NCBI RefSeq assembly: GCF_025526975.1
Contig: NW_026515671.1
Span: 372,001-436,000, forward strand
Reading direction: 5' to 3'
DNA: 64,000 bases
From: Fimicolochytrium jonesii
Taxonomy: Eukaryota
The position numbers and the translations under genes were made by a program. The notes under the pieces were generated by a model. It was not told the origin of the DNA. It was given only the letters and a program-made list of their open reading frames with translations, and made no database searches. Positions 62,991-64,000 of the stretch are shown piece after piece (within the stretch, counting starts at the first letter, position 1; the number at the start of each line of letters is the position of its first letter).

Positions 62991-63998
62991 ATGGTGAAGC
63001 TCAACTATGACGTCCTCAGTGTGGCGTCCTCTTTCATTAACGCCGTGCAAGATCGGGAGCTGAATCTCCGAGGTAGGTTCGGAGGGCGTAACGGGGGTGC
63101 GGAGGACTTTCCACTCACTTGGAGAGTACCCTATAAGGGCTCAGAAGGGGCAGGGATTTGCAAGGCTTTCCGATAGATTACTCACCATCCTCATATTCAT
63201 AGGCCTTAAGATACCACAAATAGAGAACTTAGCTATTACCAAGGTGCGTTTTCGGCTTCGGCGAATGCGAGTCGACGACCATATCTTACAGCGATCTTAC
63301 GACGATAGGACGGAAACGATGTGATCGATTTCACAGATAACGAGCTGCGACGATTAGATGGTTTCCCCTTGATGAAGCGATTGAAGGCCATACTAGCGAG
63401 CAACAATCGAATCGCAAGAGTCGATCTCGAGTTGGCAAAGCAACTACCCAACCTAAAAACCCTGATTATGGCGAACAACCTCATAGAGGAGCTGGGCGAC
63501 CTTGATCCACTGGCGAACCTAGAGCATTTGGAATGCTTGAGTCTGATGGACAACCCTGTTGCTACAAAAAAGTATTACAGGCAATATATCATCCATCGGT
63601 GCCCGAAAGTGAGGATACTGGACTTCCGAAAAGTCAAGGAAAAGGTGCGGGCCATCCTTGAACATACTGGCTGAAGTACGATGTTCTAACCAATCGATCA
63701 GGAGCGTCAAGAAGCCGCGTCGTTGTTTTCGGGGGCGGACGGCACCAAGCTCGCAGCCAGTTTATCTGCTACGAGTTCGAGGACATTCGAACCAGGGGAA
63801 GGACTGAAGAAAACACCCAAATTATACCAGGGGCCGTCCCCGGAGGAAGCGGCAAAGATTAGGGAAGCAATCAAAAACGCCAAGACGCTGGACGAAGTTA
63901 CACGATTGGAGAAGTTGCTGCAAACGGGGCAGGTTCCGGATGGCACCGCGCAGGCAACAAAACAGGATGATATGATGGAGGCCGAAGAAGAGGCGTAG
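62991..63998 (+). CDS. SNRPA1: U2 snRNP protein A' (LRR)
   Basis: MVKLNYDVL...FINAVQDRELNLR|GLKIPQIENLAITK|...DVIDFTDNELRRLDGFPLMKRLK...YRQYIIHRCPKVRILDFRKVKEK|ERQEAASLF...TLDEVTRLEKLLQTG; three introns. Confidence 0.96.
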
Positions 63999-64000
63999 GG

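Noticed and set aside
1454..63998. Enrichment of RNA-processing genes (SF3B14, PAB1, CEG1, NOP12, NHP2, U2A') as a functional cluster
   Set aside because: Interspersed with unrelated housekeeping genes; plausible by chance without synteny data.

Overview
Eukaryotic, intron-rich, gene-dense genomic DNA with short GT-AG introns (CTAAC/CTGAC/CTCAC-type branch points). The gene content points to a flagellated early-diverging fungus (chytrid-like): fungal genes (Zds1-like, Pex24/30-like, stand-alone capping guanylyltransferase) sit beside animal-like genes (CSPP1-like, ANKRD54-like). About 19 protein-coding genes are supported: a partial zinc-knuckle ORF, SF3B14, ANKRD54-like, a C1-Pex24/DysF protein, PAB1, CSPP1-like, CEG1 with a very long tail, Zds1-like, NOP12, NHP2, TMEM70-like, ERG19, an amino-acid transporter, SNF7, SPE2 (AdoMetDC), a 78-aa repeat protein, a BEACH protein, an HTH-like protein and U2A'. 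There is also a Helitron relic with adjacent decayed F-box-like repeats. The best leads are: (1) a spliced, apparently ACG-initiated uORF ending in EPP-stop, overlapped by an AUG uORF, in the SPE2 leader; (2) an intron-containing gene built around a domain resembling bacterial/phage HTH proteins; (3) a typical DAG-binding C1 domain fused to a Pex30-like ER protein; (4) a capping enzyme with a ~1,180-aa disordered tail. All family assignments come from motif recognition by eye, and splice sites are manual predictions. I saw no tRNA, rRNA or CRISPR.
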